Origin: Cetorhinus maximus
Lineage: Eukaryota
Assembly (NCBI RefSeq): GCF_964194155.1
Contig: NC_135901.1
Span: 11,966,001 to 12,030,000 of the forward strand
Direction of reading: 5' to 3'
DNA length: 64,000 nt
Position numbers and translations under genes: made by a program. Shown here in pieces: positions 13,530 through 26,310 of this stretch. The notes under the pieces are model-generated. The model made no database searches. It was not told the DNA's origin and was given only the letters and a program-made list of their open reading frames with translations. Every line of letters begins with the position of its first letter. Within the stretch, counting starts at the first letter, position 1.

Positions 13530-13965
13530 CTGTTTCCAGTTGGAACCTTGTTGCTGTTGATATTGTGTGAGTTTATTTCTCTGATCAGATCCGTTGTTTC
13601 CTGATCTCCTGTCGTGGTTTGAGTGATTTTCTCTTTATTCATAGCCGTTCAGTGTGAGGGTCAGAGCTCCCACCGTTAGCAGGTGGTGTCCCGGGAAGAG
13701 CAACGGGTTGAACTGGACTGCCGGATCTCTGTTGGTACTGGATATTCCGTTGCCTGGTACAGACAAACACTGACGGGGAACACGGCATTTATTGGCTTCA
13801 GTTACCATGAGAATGTGACCAAAGGACGCTCCACATTGTCCTTTGACCGAACAAAGGATTCCAAAACCGCCTCTATAGATGGCATCGCGGCCGAGGCCGC
13901 CGGAATGTATCACTGTGCGATGGGCACAAAGCGAGACAAAGAGCGGATCCGGCTGTGCATTATCC
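13530..13965 (+). pseudogene. Divergent V pseudogene (leader 13530-13566, exon from 13645, degenerate 23-RSS 13927-13965)
   Basis: Hydrophobic leader (C)TG-FPVGTLLLLIL with GTGAGT donor but start codon CTG. Exon VQCEGQSSHR*QVVSREEQRVELDCRIS..VAWYRQ..GMYHCAMG has an in-frame TAG. RSS is CAAAGCG-23-GCATTATCC. Confidence 0.75.
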
Positions 13966-14584
13966 TGTTTGCTGTCGTGTCTCCCGCTAATCCTTTAAAC
14001 TTTCCCCAAAACCAAGACCTTTAGAAATGCTGATGATATTCAGAAATGCTACTTTCTCATGTTTAAAATTCCATCTGGATGAAGTTACAACATCCTATAG
14101 CTGTTACTACAGATACGGAGTATCGAAACATATTAAGTAAGATTTTCTGTTTTGTTGTTCAACACAAAAAGTAAAGAGGCGGTTAGAAAAACAGCTCTGA
14201 CTCTCACATACCTCGAAACATAGATACAGTGAGAGAAAGGTAGAAAAACGCGGAGGTATATAGNNNNNNNNNNNNNNNNNNNNNNNNNNNNNNNNNNNNN
14301 NNNNNNNNNNNNNNNNNNNNNNNNNNNNNNNNNNNNNNNNNNNNNNNNNNNNNNNNNNNNNNNNNNNNNNNNNNNNNNNNNNNNNNNNNNNNNNNNNNNN
14401 NNNNNNNNNNNNNNNNNNNNNNNNNNNNNNNNNNNNNNNNNNNNNNNNNNNNNNNNNNNNNNNNNNNNNNNNNNNNNNNNNNNNNNNNNNNNNNNNNNNN
14501 NNNNNNNNNNNNNNNNNNNNNNNNNNNTCCGCAATTCATTTAATTCTGCTTTCAAATATCATTAAGTTGATTTTATTGTTGTTC

Positions 14585-14832
14585 TGGCAGCTGCTTCTTG
14601 TCACTCGGAGAGATTTCAGATATTGACGTATCGGAGAACTTTCAGGCCAGAAATTTGACTCTTGTACTGACATTTCCCCAATCAGACTCCCGAGTGTCTT
14701 ACCTTCACATACAGGGATGAAAGAGTTGAGGGAAATTTAAAGTATCTGAGGACCATGAGAAAGGCTCCACCTCTCTCACTGTTAACACTGTTCAGCTGTC
14801 AGACTCTGTGATGTGTTACACTGCACACAGAT
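14585..14832 (+). pseudogene. Highly decayed V segment remnant
   Basis: Across a frameshift it reads LY*HFPNQTPECL...KFKVSEDHEKGSTSLTVNTVQLSDSVMCYTAHR, resembling V FR2/FR3. No clear RSS; followed by (CA)n. Confidence 0.55.
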
Positions 14833-16862
14833 ACACGCACACAACAGACAAACACACACACACAAACACACACACACATAAAAATAGCAAAATACCCATC
14901 ACCCTTCATTCATGGATCTGTTCAATTGTGATTTGTATCCACTTTTAATGATTAAGGAAGTAGGAGGACTTATGAGTATTTATGAATTTGCAATCCAACC
15001 TTATAATGGTGGTATTATTAATCTCAATGCAAATGAGCATGCATTGTATTAGTCAATTAGGCCCACGAGAGGACTGAGCCAAATAATCTCATAATTTTTG
15101 CAAAAGAGCAACGGCATGAAATGGAAAATAAGGAACAGACAAGTTATGCTAATAATGAAATCAAAGTAATAACATTCATAATAATCTGACGTAATAATAC
15201 TTCAGCAAAATCATGCAGCAATATTCGGGTAGAAATTAAGGATCATTGTTTTCCGCAGGTTACCACTGGATGGCGCTCCAGCGCTTCAGCTTTGGCTAAA
15301 ATTTGCAGAACTGTCAGTTTACCGGTGTCACGGCTCACAGATGGAGATTACAGAAAATATCCTTGTTCCGTGTCACTTCACTTCATAGAATGGCACATTC
15401 AGGGCAAGAGTTTGTACATAAATTGCAGGTGTTGTGGCAAAGAAGAATTAGATGGTGGACTTTGGCCGAATAGCACCGGGTAGTCAGAAAAAAAAGGGCG
15501 AGCAATTTCGTAATCTGAATTGTTGAGATATGTTGATCACTTTGTGACAGGATTAATTGTTATCATTGACCACACATTTATTATTGACCACAAATTATTG
15601 TACATTGCCGCCTCCTTCTATTTAAATAACATTTCCTGCATTACAATATCGACTATATTTGAAAATTAGTTGAGACTTAGCGCTTTCTGAGGTCCTGAGG
15701 ATGTAATGTTTGGTTGAAAAGTTGGGGTGAATCTTTTAACAATCTCCGANNNNNNNNNNNNNNNNNNNNNNNNNNNNNNNNNNNNNNNNNNNNNNNNNNN
15801 NNNNNNNNNNNNNNNNNNNNNNNNNNNNNNNNNNNNNNNNNNNNNNNNNNNNNNNNNNNNNNNNNNNNNNNNNNNNNNNNNNNNNGTGATTGTGATTGTG
15901 TCTGTGTGTGTGTGCTTTAAAGTTAACCATGTGCGCATGTGTTGCATTATGCATGTTTACTTATTTCGTATGTATTTGTGTAGAAAGCAAGTAACACATC
16001 ATCCTGAATATTTGCAAAAGCATGTTACTTTTAATATCACAGTAGACTCTACCTTATTTCATACTGTGCAAGGCAATGCCTTGGTTTAACTTACCCACAA
16101 TCCGTTTTCAATTATGATTGTACTTGAGTGTGTCTCTGTTTATATAATGCAAGTCCCTTTCTCAGTTTTCAGTGAATCATGTCCACTTTTATATTTGATT
16201 AGTTCCTATCTCTGTTATTTACCTATCAGATCTTGTCCCTATTACATTAAACCACATCAGCTTTGATGAGATTATATCTTATCCTGTGATTATGTCAGGA
16301 CATATTTTGGCTCGGTTCATGTTGCGCTGGAGAATTCTTTAGTTCCTATCACACTAGGCCGCTCTATGTCGTTGTTTATATTACACCAGACCATGTCATT
16401 GTCATTCTGTGTTTCAAACCTCCAAAACCCATCCACACTCTCTCGCCAAACATATGAAAATACGACCATGGGACTTAGGAGCAGGAGTAGGCCATTCAAC
16501 CCTAGGGGCCTAATCCACCATTCCATCCGTTCCATAGCTGATCTGCTTGTGGTCTCATCTCCACTTTCCCGCCTGCGCCTTAAAACCCCTGTCTATCAAA
16601 AAACCTGTCTAACTCATGGTATTAGCACAATATAATTCACCCTTGAACACATTTGTTGCTCAGCCTCCACTGCCTTCTTGGAAAGAGCATTTCAAATACC
16701 AACGACCCTCTGAGAGAAGAACAAGTCTCCTCATCTCCGTCTTAAAGGTAGGTCTCTTATTCCTAAACTCTGCCCCCTAGTTCTGGTCACTCCCACAAGT
16801 GTAAACATCCTCCCGGTATCCACCCTGTCAAGACACGCCACACCACCCCACAACCCCACAAC

Positions 16863-16893
<31 letters not shown>

Positions 16894-17042
16894 ACTCACC
16901 GCCACCTTCCGCCTCAGGATCCTATATGTTGCAGTAAGATCACCTCTCATTCTTCTAAAATCCACTGGCTATTGATTCAAACTATTCGCGATTTTTAAAA
17001 TAAGATTTGGACCTCACCGCAAACAACGATGAACAGGTGGAT

Positions 17043-20000
17043 AAAAACAAAAAGCTAAAAGCTACTGCGGATGCTGGAAATCCAAAACAAAATAAAAACA
17101 GAATTACCTGGAAAAACTCAGCAAGTCTGGCAGCATCGGCGGAGAAGAAATCAGTCAACGTTTCGAAGATGGGGTGAGGACGGAGGGACAAGCAGGGGTG
17201 GAGGCTCCCCGATGGGTGTTGGAGTCGATGAGTTGTTGGAGCTTGCGTTCCTTAGCACTTGAGAGAAAGAGAAAAAGTTTCTTGTTGAGGCGACGGATGA
17301 GGCGAAGAATAAAATGAAACTGGGGGCACGCGCAGCTTTGAAAAAGGGTGCGGCGGTGCTGCTGGAGGGAGAGGTCAAGTGTGTTCATATGGCGGCGCAT
17401 GGCACTGAGTGTGGATCTCAGAATGCGACGGGAACAGCAGTCCGAGAAACGTTTTATGTCCCGGAGATACCTGTAATCCTGGGTGGGTTCGAAACAAGAG
17501 GGATGGAATTTCGGTTGAAATCCACGTGGGCATCTTCCAATCCCAGCCCCAGCCGCGTATTCACTATACCCCCTGACCTTCCCCTCTCCGATGCTGAACG
17601 TTCAGTGCTCAGCAAAGGACTTAGTTTCATACCCTTACGCCCTCATCTCAATGAATTTCGGGCTCGGCATGATGCTGAACTCTTCTTCCGCCGTCTTCGT
17701 CTCCGTGCTCACTTCTTTGGGCAGGAGTCCTCTCCCCGTTCAACGGATCCTTTTACCCACCTCCAATATTCTCCCTCCACTTGGACCCCTCCCTCTGGAT
17801 TCTTACCTTCTCTTGATCTTTTCATTGAGAAATGTCGGCGTGACATTAGCCATCTCAATTTCTCTGCTCCTCTCACCCATTCTAATCTGTCTCTCTCTGA
17901 ACTCACTGCACTCCGTTCTCTCAGGTCCAACCCCAACATTGTCATCAAACCCGCTGACAAGGGTGGTACTGTTGTTGTCTGGCGCATTGACCTCTACCTC
18001 GCGGAGGCTGAGCGTCAACTCGCAGACGTTTCCTCCTACCTCTCCCTGGACCATGACCCCACCTCAGAACATCAAGCCATTGTTTCCAGGACTGTCACTG
18101 ACCTCATCTCCTCTGGAGATCTTCCTCCCACAGCTTCCAACTTGATAGTCGCCCAACCTCGGACGGCCCGCTTCTACCTCCTACCCAAAATCCACAAACA
18201 GAACTGTCCTGGCAGACCGATCGTGTCAGCCTGTTCCTGCCCCACGGAACTCAGTTCTCGTTATCTTGACTCCCTTCTCTCTCCCCTTGTCCAGTCCCTT
18301 CCCACCTACATCCGTGATTCCTCTGACACCTTACGTCACATCAACAATTTCCAGTTCCCTGGCCCCAACCGCTTCCTCTTCACCATGGATGTCCAATCCC
18401 TCTACACCTCCATCCCCCACCAGGATGGTCTGAGGGCCCTTAGCTTCTTCCTTGAACAGAGGCCCCAACAATCCCCATCCACCACTACTCTCCTCCGTCT
18501 GGCTGAACTTGTTCTCACACTGAACAATTTCTCCTTTAACTCCTCTCACTTCCTCCAAATAAAAGGTGTGGCTATGGGTACCCGCATGGGCCCCAGCTAT
18601 GCCTGTCTCTTTATGGGGTATGTGGAACATTCCTTGTTCCAGTCCTACTCCGGCCCCCTCCCACAACTCTTTCTCCGGTACATCGATGATTACTTCGGTG
18701 CTGCTTCATGCTCTCGTCGGGACCTGGAAAAATTTATTAATTTTGCTTCCAATCTCCACCCCTCCATCATCTTCACATGGTCCATCTCTGACACTTCTCT
18801 TCCCTTCCTTGACCTCTCTGTCTCAATTTCTGATGATAGACTGTCCACCAATATCCATTACAAGCCTACCGACTCCCACAGCTACCTCGACTACAGCTCC
18901 TCACACCCCGCTTCCTGTAAAGACTCCATCCCATTCTCTCAGTTCCTTCGCCTCCGTCGCATCTGTTCTGATGACGCTACCTTCAAAAACAGCTCCTCGG
19001 ACATGTCCTCCTTCTTCCTTAACCGAGGTTTTCCATCCACGGTCGTTGACAGGGCCCTCAACCGTGTCCGGCCCATATCCCGCGCATCCTCCCTCACGCC
19101 TTCTCCTCCTTCCCAGAAACATGATAGGGTCCCCCTTGTCCTCACTTATCACCCCACCAGCCTCCGCATTCAAAGGATCATCCTCCGCCATTTCCGCCAA
19201 CTCCAGCATGATGCCACCACCAAACACATCTTCCCTTCACCCCCCTTGACAGCATTCCGTAGGGATCGTTCCCTCCGGGACACCCTGGTCCACTCCTCCA
19301 TCACCCCCTACTCCTCAACCCCCACTTATGGCACCTCCCCATGCCCACGCAGAAGATGCAACACCTGCCCCTTCACTTCCTCTCTCCTCACCGTCCAAGG
19401 GCCCAAACACTCCTTTCAAGTGAAGCAGCATTTCACTTGCATTTCCCCTAACTTAGTCTACTGCATTCGTTGCTCCCAATGCGGTCTCCTCTACATTGGA
19501 GAGACCAAACGCAAACTGGGCGACCGTTTTGCGGAACACCTGCGGTCTGTCCGCAAGAAAGACCCAAACCTCCCTGTCGCTTGCCATTTTAACACTCCAC
19601 CCTGTTCTCTTGCCCACATGTCTGTCCTTGGCTTGCTGCATTGTTCCAGTGAAGCCCAACGCAAACTGGAGGAACAGCACCTCATCTTCCGACTAGGCAC
19701 TTTACAGCCTTCTGGGCTGAATATTGAATTCAACAACTTTAGATCTTAAACTCCCCCTCCCCCCATCCCCACCCCGTTTCTTTTCCCCCCCCCCCCCACC
19801 CGCCTTTTTTTTCAATAATTTATATAGATTCTTCTTTCCCCACCTATTTCCATTATTTTTAAATCTAAAACTAAAACCTTTAGTCTTTCCACCCCACCCC
19901 CACTAGAGCTGTACTTTGAATATCCTGTCTTGCATTCTTAATTAGCACTTTTCTCAGACAAAGACCACCACCTTCAACACCTCTTTGACCCTTTTGTCTC

Positions 20001-20208
20001 TGACATCTTTTGATTATCTGCTCACACCACACCCTCAATGTATCTCTTCCCCCCCACCCACCTTAAACCAATTTATATTTCTCCCTTGTTGAAACTATGC
20101 TTCAGTTCTGCTGAAGGGCCATGAGGGCTCGAAACGTTGACTGATTTCTTCTCCGCCGATGCTGCCAGACTTGCTGAGTTTTTCCAGGTAATTCTGTTTT
20201 TATGTTGT
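17043..20208 (+). mobile_element. Penelope-like retroelement (PLE) with inverted terminal pLTR segments and 15-bp TSD
   Basis: TSD GATGAACAGGTGGAT at 17028-17042 and 20209-20223. Perfect 75-bp inverted repeat 17092-17166 / 20129-20203. Internal RT + GIY-YIG ORF. Confidence 0.92.
17531..19749 (+). CDS. PLE reverse transcriptase + GIY-YIG endonuclease (5' part inverted)
   Basis: Motifs IKPADKG, LPKIHK..GRPIVS, TMDVQSLYTSIP, GVAMGTRMGPSYA, LRYIDD and LVYCIRCSQCGLLYIGET. No stops. The first ~72 aa of the listed ORF 17314-19749 are antisense of the inverted N-terminal segment. Confidence 0.88.
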
Positions 20209-21235
20209 GATGAACAGGTGGATGCTTTACGGTGATAAGAATGAGATGAGGGACCTGCCGCTGCACAAATTTGTTGCAGCGTTTCTCAAAAAAATAAACA
20301 CTTTATTCACCGAGAAAGATGGTTCGGGTGGCCTGAGGTCGCGAATATCGCAGTTTATAACCAAAGGGAATGGGGTGGATCTGTTGGTCACGGCGTGTAT
20401 GCCGGATCTCTGAAAGAGCAACCCAGTTAGTTGAGTTAGTTATTCTTAACAAGATGTCGCCTTAGTGTTTGTTAAACTAACTTTTGAAATTTACGATTCA
20501 ACGTGCTTCCAGCTCCCTTTCAGGCAGCAGAATCCAGATCACAATTCACTTCTTAAAAAAACCACTTCCCATCCCATAAAAGTGTTAAGTGTTAAGAGTA
20601 ACGTGAGCGGAAATTGTGTCTGNNNNNNNNNNNNNNNNNNNNNNNNNNNNNNNNNNNNNNNNNNNNNNNNNNNNNNNNNNNNNNNNNNNNNNNNNNNNNN
20701 NNNNNNNNNNNNNNNNNNNNNNNNNNNNNNNNNNNNNNNNNNNNNNNNNNNNNNNTCTCATGGTTTCCCAAAGTGCTTTCCTACCAATCAAGCGTTTCCA
20801 CCAGTGTAATGTAGGAAACACATCAGCAAATGTTCACAGAGCAAGATTCCACAAATGTTAAAGGAAAAATAAGCAGGTCGCTGGTTTCAATGGCGTTAAA
20901 TGAAGGACAATTATTGTAGGAAGCTGGGGAAAGGTCTTCCTGCTCATTTTTGCAATTGCCACCGTGGGGTATTCACATTCCACATGAGAGGGCAGATACT
21001 CACTGTGGTTTCGCATCTCAAACAGGAAGGCAGCAAGTCCGATAGTTCAATATTCACTCAGGGCCACAGGGGCACGGCCGGCACTGGAGTATGGGCCTGA
21101 CATCTCTCAAGTAAGGGAGCTGCAGCCCAGGACTTTCTGGTTCTGGAGAAAGAGAAAGTGAGAGAGAGAGAGAAAGAAAGAGAGAGAGAGAGCGAGCAAG
21201 AGAAAAAGAGAGAGAGAGTGCTGCTACACACTGAA

Positions 21236-23750
21236 CTACTGTGTTCGAAGGGAATTAGAGCGAGGATGTTTTAGGTGTTTTAACTGTTTAAAAGGACCAG
21301 TGACCGTGGTGAATGGATACATCAGCACCTTCTTCAGCTCCTCCCGGAACTTGCTCTGAGCCATCGCATAGATGAAGACGTTGTTGCAGGAACCAAGCAT
21401 GTTGGTTGTCTCCTGAAGGATGTACTGCGGGTCATTGAAATCCAGGCTGGTGATGTAGCCCTCGCCTGTGATCCGCAAGTAGAGGAAATGTGCGCGATAG
21501 ATGGCCCACAGGAGGAGGAAGCTGAGCGAGATGGCGAAAAGCAGGACAATGGACTTCTTACGATTGACCATCTCCGCGTCTCCACGACTCTCGGCGCACC
21601 GCAGCCTCCTGCGGGCTCTGCTGGCCGCTAAGATGTGTCTTACGGTCAGGGCGTTGAGCAGCAGAATGAGGAGATACGGGAGGAAATGAGTTAAGATGTG
21701 GTCTAGCCAGTCGTAGGGCTGCCAGATGGGCAATGTGCAGTAGGTGGACTTGAGGTCGCAGAACCAGGGCACCCCGTCCAGGATGTACAAAGGCTGGTAG
21801 GTGAAGTAGTATGGGATGTTCCTCAAGCAGCTCAGGCCTATAACAGCCCTATAACCAGCAACGCAGTTTTCTTGGTGCAGTATCTGGTTTTCAGGCTCTG
21901 ACAGCAGATGGCCAAAAAACGGTCAATGGTGAAGGCCACAGCTGGCCAGACTGAGCCATCCCGGGTGACAAAGACCAGCAGGTTGCTGAGTGCGCATGCG
22001 GGAGTGGTGGAGAGGACACTGTCCTGAAAGTAGATGCGGCCGATCCGGTTGAGGATGACGGCGGTGATGATGACCAGGAGATCGCTCACTGCTATCGCCA
22101 CCAGGTAGTAGCTGATGCACCGGGAGAGTCCGCACCGTCCTCGGGATAGGATTATGATCCCCAGCAAGTTGGCTGTAAGAGATCGGGAGAGAGAGATGTT
22201 ACTGAGCGGACTCCAAACAACAGCTACTGCCTCATTCAACCTCATCCCTCCTGATCCAACCCTCTGCCATTCCCAGACTCCAGCTGTTCCAAAGCCTTTG
22301 GTCAGTGTTCGGTATCCAATGCTGCATGAAACACTTGTCAATGCAGACGGCATTTCAATCGGTCCCCGCCACAAATTCTGCTCTCTGGCCACTGAGCCAA
22401 TCCCAAGGCCTCGCTGTCCAAATTAAGATCATCCGAAACATGTGCTTCCATTGGTCATAGTCAAAGCAATGCCCACCCTCCCATTAAGCCTATACTCATT
22501 GACATAGATTGGTTATCAGGCCGCAACGTCTCAGTTTTAATAATCTCCCCCTTCCAGTTTTGGAATCCCTCCGTTTCCTCGCCTCTCCCAATCCCTGTAC
22601 GACTACAACAATCTGAGATCTCAGTGTACGTCCTATTCTGCTCTCTCGTGTATCCCTTAAATTAACCTTTCCATTATTAACGGTTATGCCTGTAGCTGCT
22701 GAGGCTCTCGTCTCTTTAATCCCCTCTCTAAACTGCTCCCGTTCTCATTCCTTCTTTTGGACGTTCCTTATTTTCAAAATCTTTTATCACACTTTGGGTT
22801 AAATATCTCTTCCTGGTGTTCGGTATTAAATGTATTTGTTCAGGCTCCTGTAAAGCATCCCCACCATACGCGCTGCAGTGACTGAAGAAACAAGCGCAAC
22901 TCCACCTTTCAAGTGAGAAATAAAGATAAGCGATATACGTTGACCTTGTCAGTTACACCCACACCCCGCGGATGATTAAAATATATTATTATTCAAAATG
23001 TGCAAAACCAGTTAGCAAAAATCAAAAAAATAATAGATAAACAATTTCGAATCTCCACTAACATCATTCAATTGTTTCCATAATGAATTGCTTAGGCTAG
23101 ATTAGCAATCGGGATTGTCCGGTGAGAACTCGCTGTACTGTAACTATTATAATCTTTCACAGGTTGAAAAGTACATTAGTGCAATTACTAAACTTATTTT
23201 TATATTGCAATTCATCTAATATAATGATTTCACTGTAATTCGTTTTCTGATGCTGTAGTAAGATACGTGCACGAAAATATATGTTACTACACTGTGATAT
23301 GCTCTTATTCCGGACAACGCTTAAAACACTGGATTGTATTTGACTACCTTAAAATAAGTGTTCAACGATATAACAGGTTAACGTTCATGCAAAGCCACAC
23401 ATTACAATTCATACTTCAGCCATTCAATAAACGGTATTCCTATAAATCAATTGAATAGTACCTTGTAATGCTGCACAATGCAAGTACAAGTTATGCTCTA
23501 TAATTCACCATAACACAGTATAATCCCAGATAAGACATCGGAACCCGGTTGAGGCCCTTAACACTCTGACAGCACTGAATATTAGAGAAAAACATCATCC
23601 CAATCCTGAACGGGACGAGACAAACTTTCTGGGGATTTTCAACAAAATCATAAATAACATATTTGAGATCCATCACTTACCAGGGGCACCAATAACAGCG
23701 AGAATGGGATAGCAAATGGCAAAGAATAGGCCTTTCGCTGGCCTGTGCAT
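21236..23750 (-). pseudogene. Two-exon class A GPCR pseudogene, GPR139/GPR142-like (exon 1 23681-23750, exon 2 21236-22172)
   Basis: Exon 1 MHRPAKGLFFAICYPILAVIGAP with GTAAGT donor. Exon 2 ANLLGIIILSRG..YLVAIAVSDLL..AFTIDRFLAIC..LPYLLILLLN..FLLLW..NVFIY..KFREEL gives a 7TM pattern. Stop/frameshift at ~21836-21840. Confidence 0.85.
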
Positions 23751-24446
23751 CGTCTCTCAGAAACGAAATGGATTCCCGAAGCTGTATACTTTAGTCCTGT
23801 GAGGCATTCAAAGCCTCCGTCATTTATTCCGAATGAGAGTCTCCAGAGGGACAATTAAGTTACAACATGCACCTTAGCTACAGTTCAGTAAACAAACAGA
23901 TTAACCCAGTTTTATGCCCCCCATTCGTAACATTGGCAAGGTGGATGATGCCATTAGACACTTGGACGAAGAGCTGGCTGCAAATTCTGCGGTGCCCCCT
24001 CTCCACAAACCAGGCCTTTGCGTTTACATCAAGTGGAGCTGATGATGGAACATACTGACTTGGACCCTATCTCTAGCCAAAACACGTCTCTTCCCATGAC
24101 TGCCACTACGCTGGGCGGGGTTTGTGTGTGATAATTTACCCCATCATCACCGCCTCAACCCTCTTGCTCAAACAATAATACTCGTGTCATGGAAGACAAC
24201 TGTTGAAAACCATTCATATTGCAAAATCAGAAAAAGAATTAACGTATGAGAGTGCACAAGAGAAAGTGGGAGATAAAGGAGAAAGACTGATATAGAGAAA
24301 AACAAAAACGAAAGGGAAGAGTACAAATATGGAGTATAAGTGAACGAAAGAACGAATGACAGAAATCAAGTAACAAAGCACCTGGTGTATGTCATTCTGT
24401 GCCTGCTGTTTCTCGCATTACTACACATTAATTTTGCCGTAAAATT

Positions 24447-24537
24447 CGATTCTCGTGGGATTCGCACCCACAACCTTTGAATATCTTAGTCATCAAAGAC
24501 TAGAAGTCCAACGCGCTGCCCATTGCACCACAGAGAC
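24447..24537 (-). tRNA. tRNA-Arg(TCT) with 18-nt intron, probably a pseudogene
   Basis: GTCTCTGTGGTGCAATGGGCAGCGCGTTGGACTTCTA[GTCTTTGATGACTAAGAT]ATTCAAAGGTTGTGGGTGCGAATCCCACGAGAATCG, then TTTT. Matches the vertebrate Arg-TCT layout, but the T-loop TTCG is TGCG and the acceptor stem has mismatches. Confidence 0.8.
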
Positions 24538-25029
24538 ACAGCTCACGGGCCATTGAACGATAGTTGATTATATAAGAGTATCTTTATTTTCTTTAGAATA
24601 TTTTATATTACATCAAGCCCTGCGCCAGATTTACTGCATAAAAACATGTCATTATTTACATTACATCAGATGCTGTGTCGAGATTTATAATACGCTAGAC
24701 CCTGTGTCTGGTTATATTACACCAGACCATTCCCCTGATTCGATCACACGAGTGTCTGTCTCGTGCAATGGAAATATGTGTAAAAGGGGAAATTCGGTCT
24801 CTTGGCGAAGAAAGTCGCCACATTGCAATCGTGCTTTGAAAACATCTGTCAAATGTGATCCGCTTCGATTCGCTTAGCGTTCATTGCGGCAACTTTTAAC
24901 ATGGCATCAGCAAGTGAATCGCCGCCACAAGAAACTTTAATATCGCTGTTCACCCCACTCCACCAGCAGAGGCATATTGGTTTCTTTCTTCATTGCCAGT
25001 TTCTTGTTAAATAAGTTAACAATTTCCCA

Positions 25030-26310
25030 TTGAAAGCTTCCCAGAATTTTTAACTTTAATATTGGCTCTACCGCACTTAATTCCGCTTGACCTCTTACCC
25101 CTCGTGGTTTGCTCTGAGACACGCCTCTGAGTGAAATTCACTCGATAAGTGGACAAGGTTGCGGATAGAATTCTGAGTCATTTTCGAGAAATTCCGCGGC
25201 CTGTAGCAGAAGATGTTCATCAGTGGCCACAGTGATCTTACTGACATTTGAATTGGAGAGAAATCAATTTGTTCAGCACACAGGAGAACGTAATATCATA
25301 TTGTTACTGCTCATCTTAATTTGAACTGAGTATATTTCGTTAAAAATTATCTGCAGGAGATTTATATTTTGAATTGATTTGAATCGACACTTTCCAAACA
25401 ATGTCACAATCTTGGAACAGGTTGAGAAGAAATTTACGGGACTTGTACCAGGGATGAGGGACCTCAATTATATGAAGAGATTAGAGAAACTGGGATTGGC
25501 CTTCTTGGAGCAGAGAATGTCAAAGGGTGATATAATAGAGGCGTTTAAATTTACGAAGGCTTTTGACAGAGTTAGACCATAAGACATAGGAGCAGAAATT
25601 AGGCCATTCGGCCCATCGAGTCTGCTCCGCCATTCAATCATGGCTGATAAGTTTCTCAACCCCATTCTCCCGCCTTCTTCCCCGTAACCTTTGACCCCCT
25701 TACCAATCAAGAACCTATCTATCGGTTTTTGGTGAGGTATTAATTCCACTGGCAGGAGGATCCGTAGGCAGAAGAACCAGAGTTGTCGACAATTCGAATA
25801 AGTGAATATAGAGTGATATTAGATCTTTTCATGGGGCGGTTGGTATGAGCTAGAGTGTACTTCTGGAAAGGGAGATAGAAGCATATTCATTTGCCACTTT
25901 TATAAGGGAAGCTTATATATACTTGAAATTGAAAAAGATGTGCAGGGCTTTACAGAAAGAGTAGGAGAACGGAGCTAATTGGAGAGCATTTCATGGAGAG
26001 CGGGCACAGTTCTGATGGAATGAACAGTCTCTATCTTTGCTGTAAGCTTCTCATGATTTTATGCATTGAAATTGCATTAATCATTGACCTTGGCGTTGTT
26101 ATTTTTCTTATTGAAAGCAACTGCATTACCGAATGTCATCGTAAAATTGTAGGTATTACGTATTACATGAACCCTTTCAGCAATTTAGTAGCTAAAGTGA
26201 ATTGACTCTGATTTCAAAATCAGCAGATTGTGGATCGCAACTCAACTACAGAATCGGAGCAGACTTGTATTCGGGGTACTGAAAGGTCATTATCTTTTCG
26301 GGACATCATG
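25030..26310 (+). repeat. Segmental duplication copy 2 (paralog of ~1380-2560) with an extra younger LINE 3'-end insertion at ~25575-25725
   Basis: Collinear similarity with copy 1. The extra block GACCATAAGACATAGGAGCAG...AAGAACCTATCTATC is absent from copy 1. Confidence 0.72.

Noticed and set aside
17314-17530. N-terminus of the 811-aa RT ORF
   Set aside because: It is the antisense of the inverted PLE 5' segment, not genuine coding sequence.
25170-25225. Minus-strand LLLQAAEFLE peptide resembling the MXD Sin3-interaction motif
   Set aside because: Very short match, no bHLH-ZIP follows, and the paralog at ~1550 reads LLQAPEFLE; likely chance.
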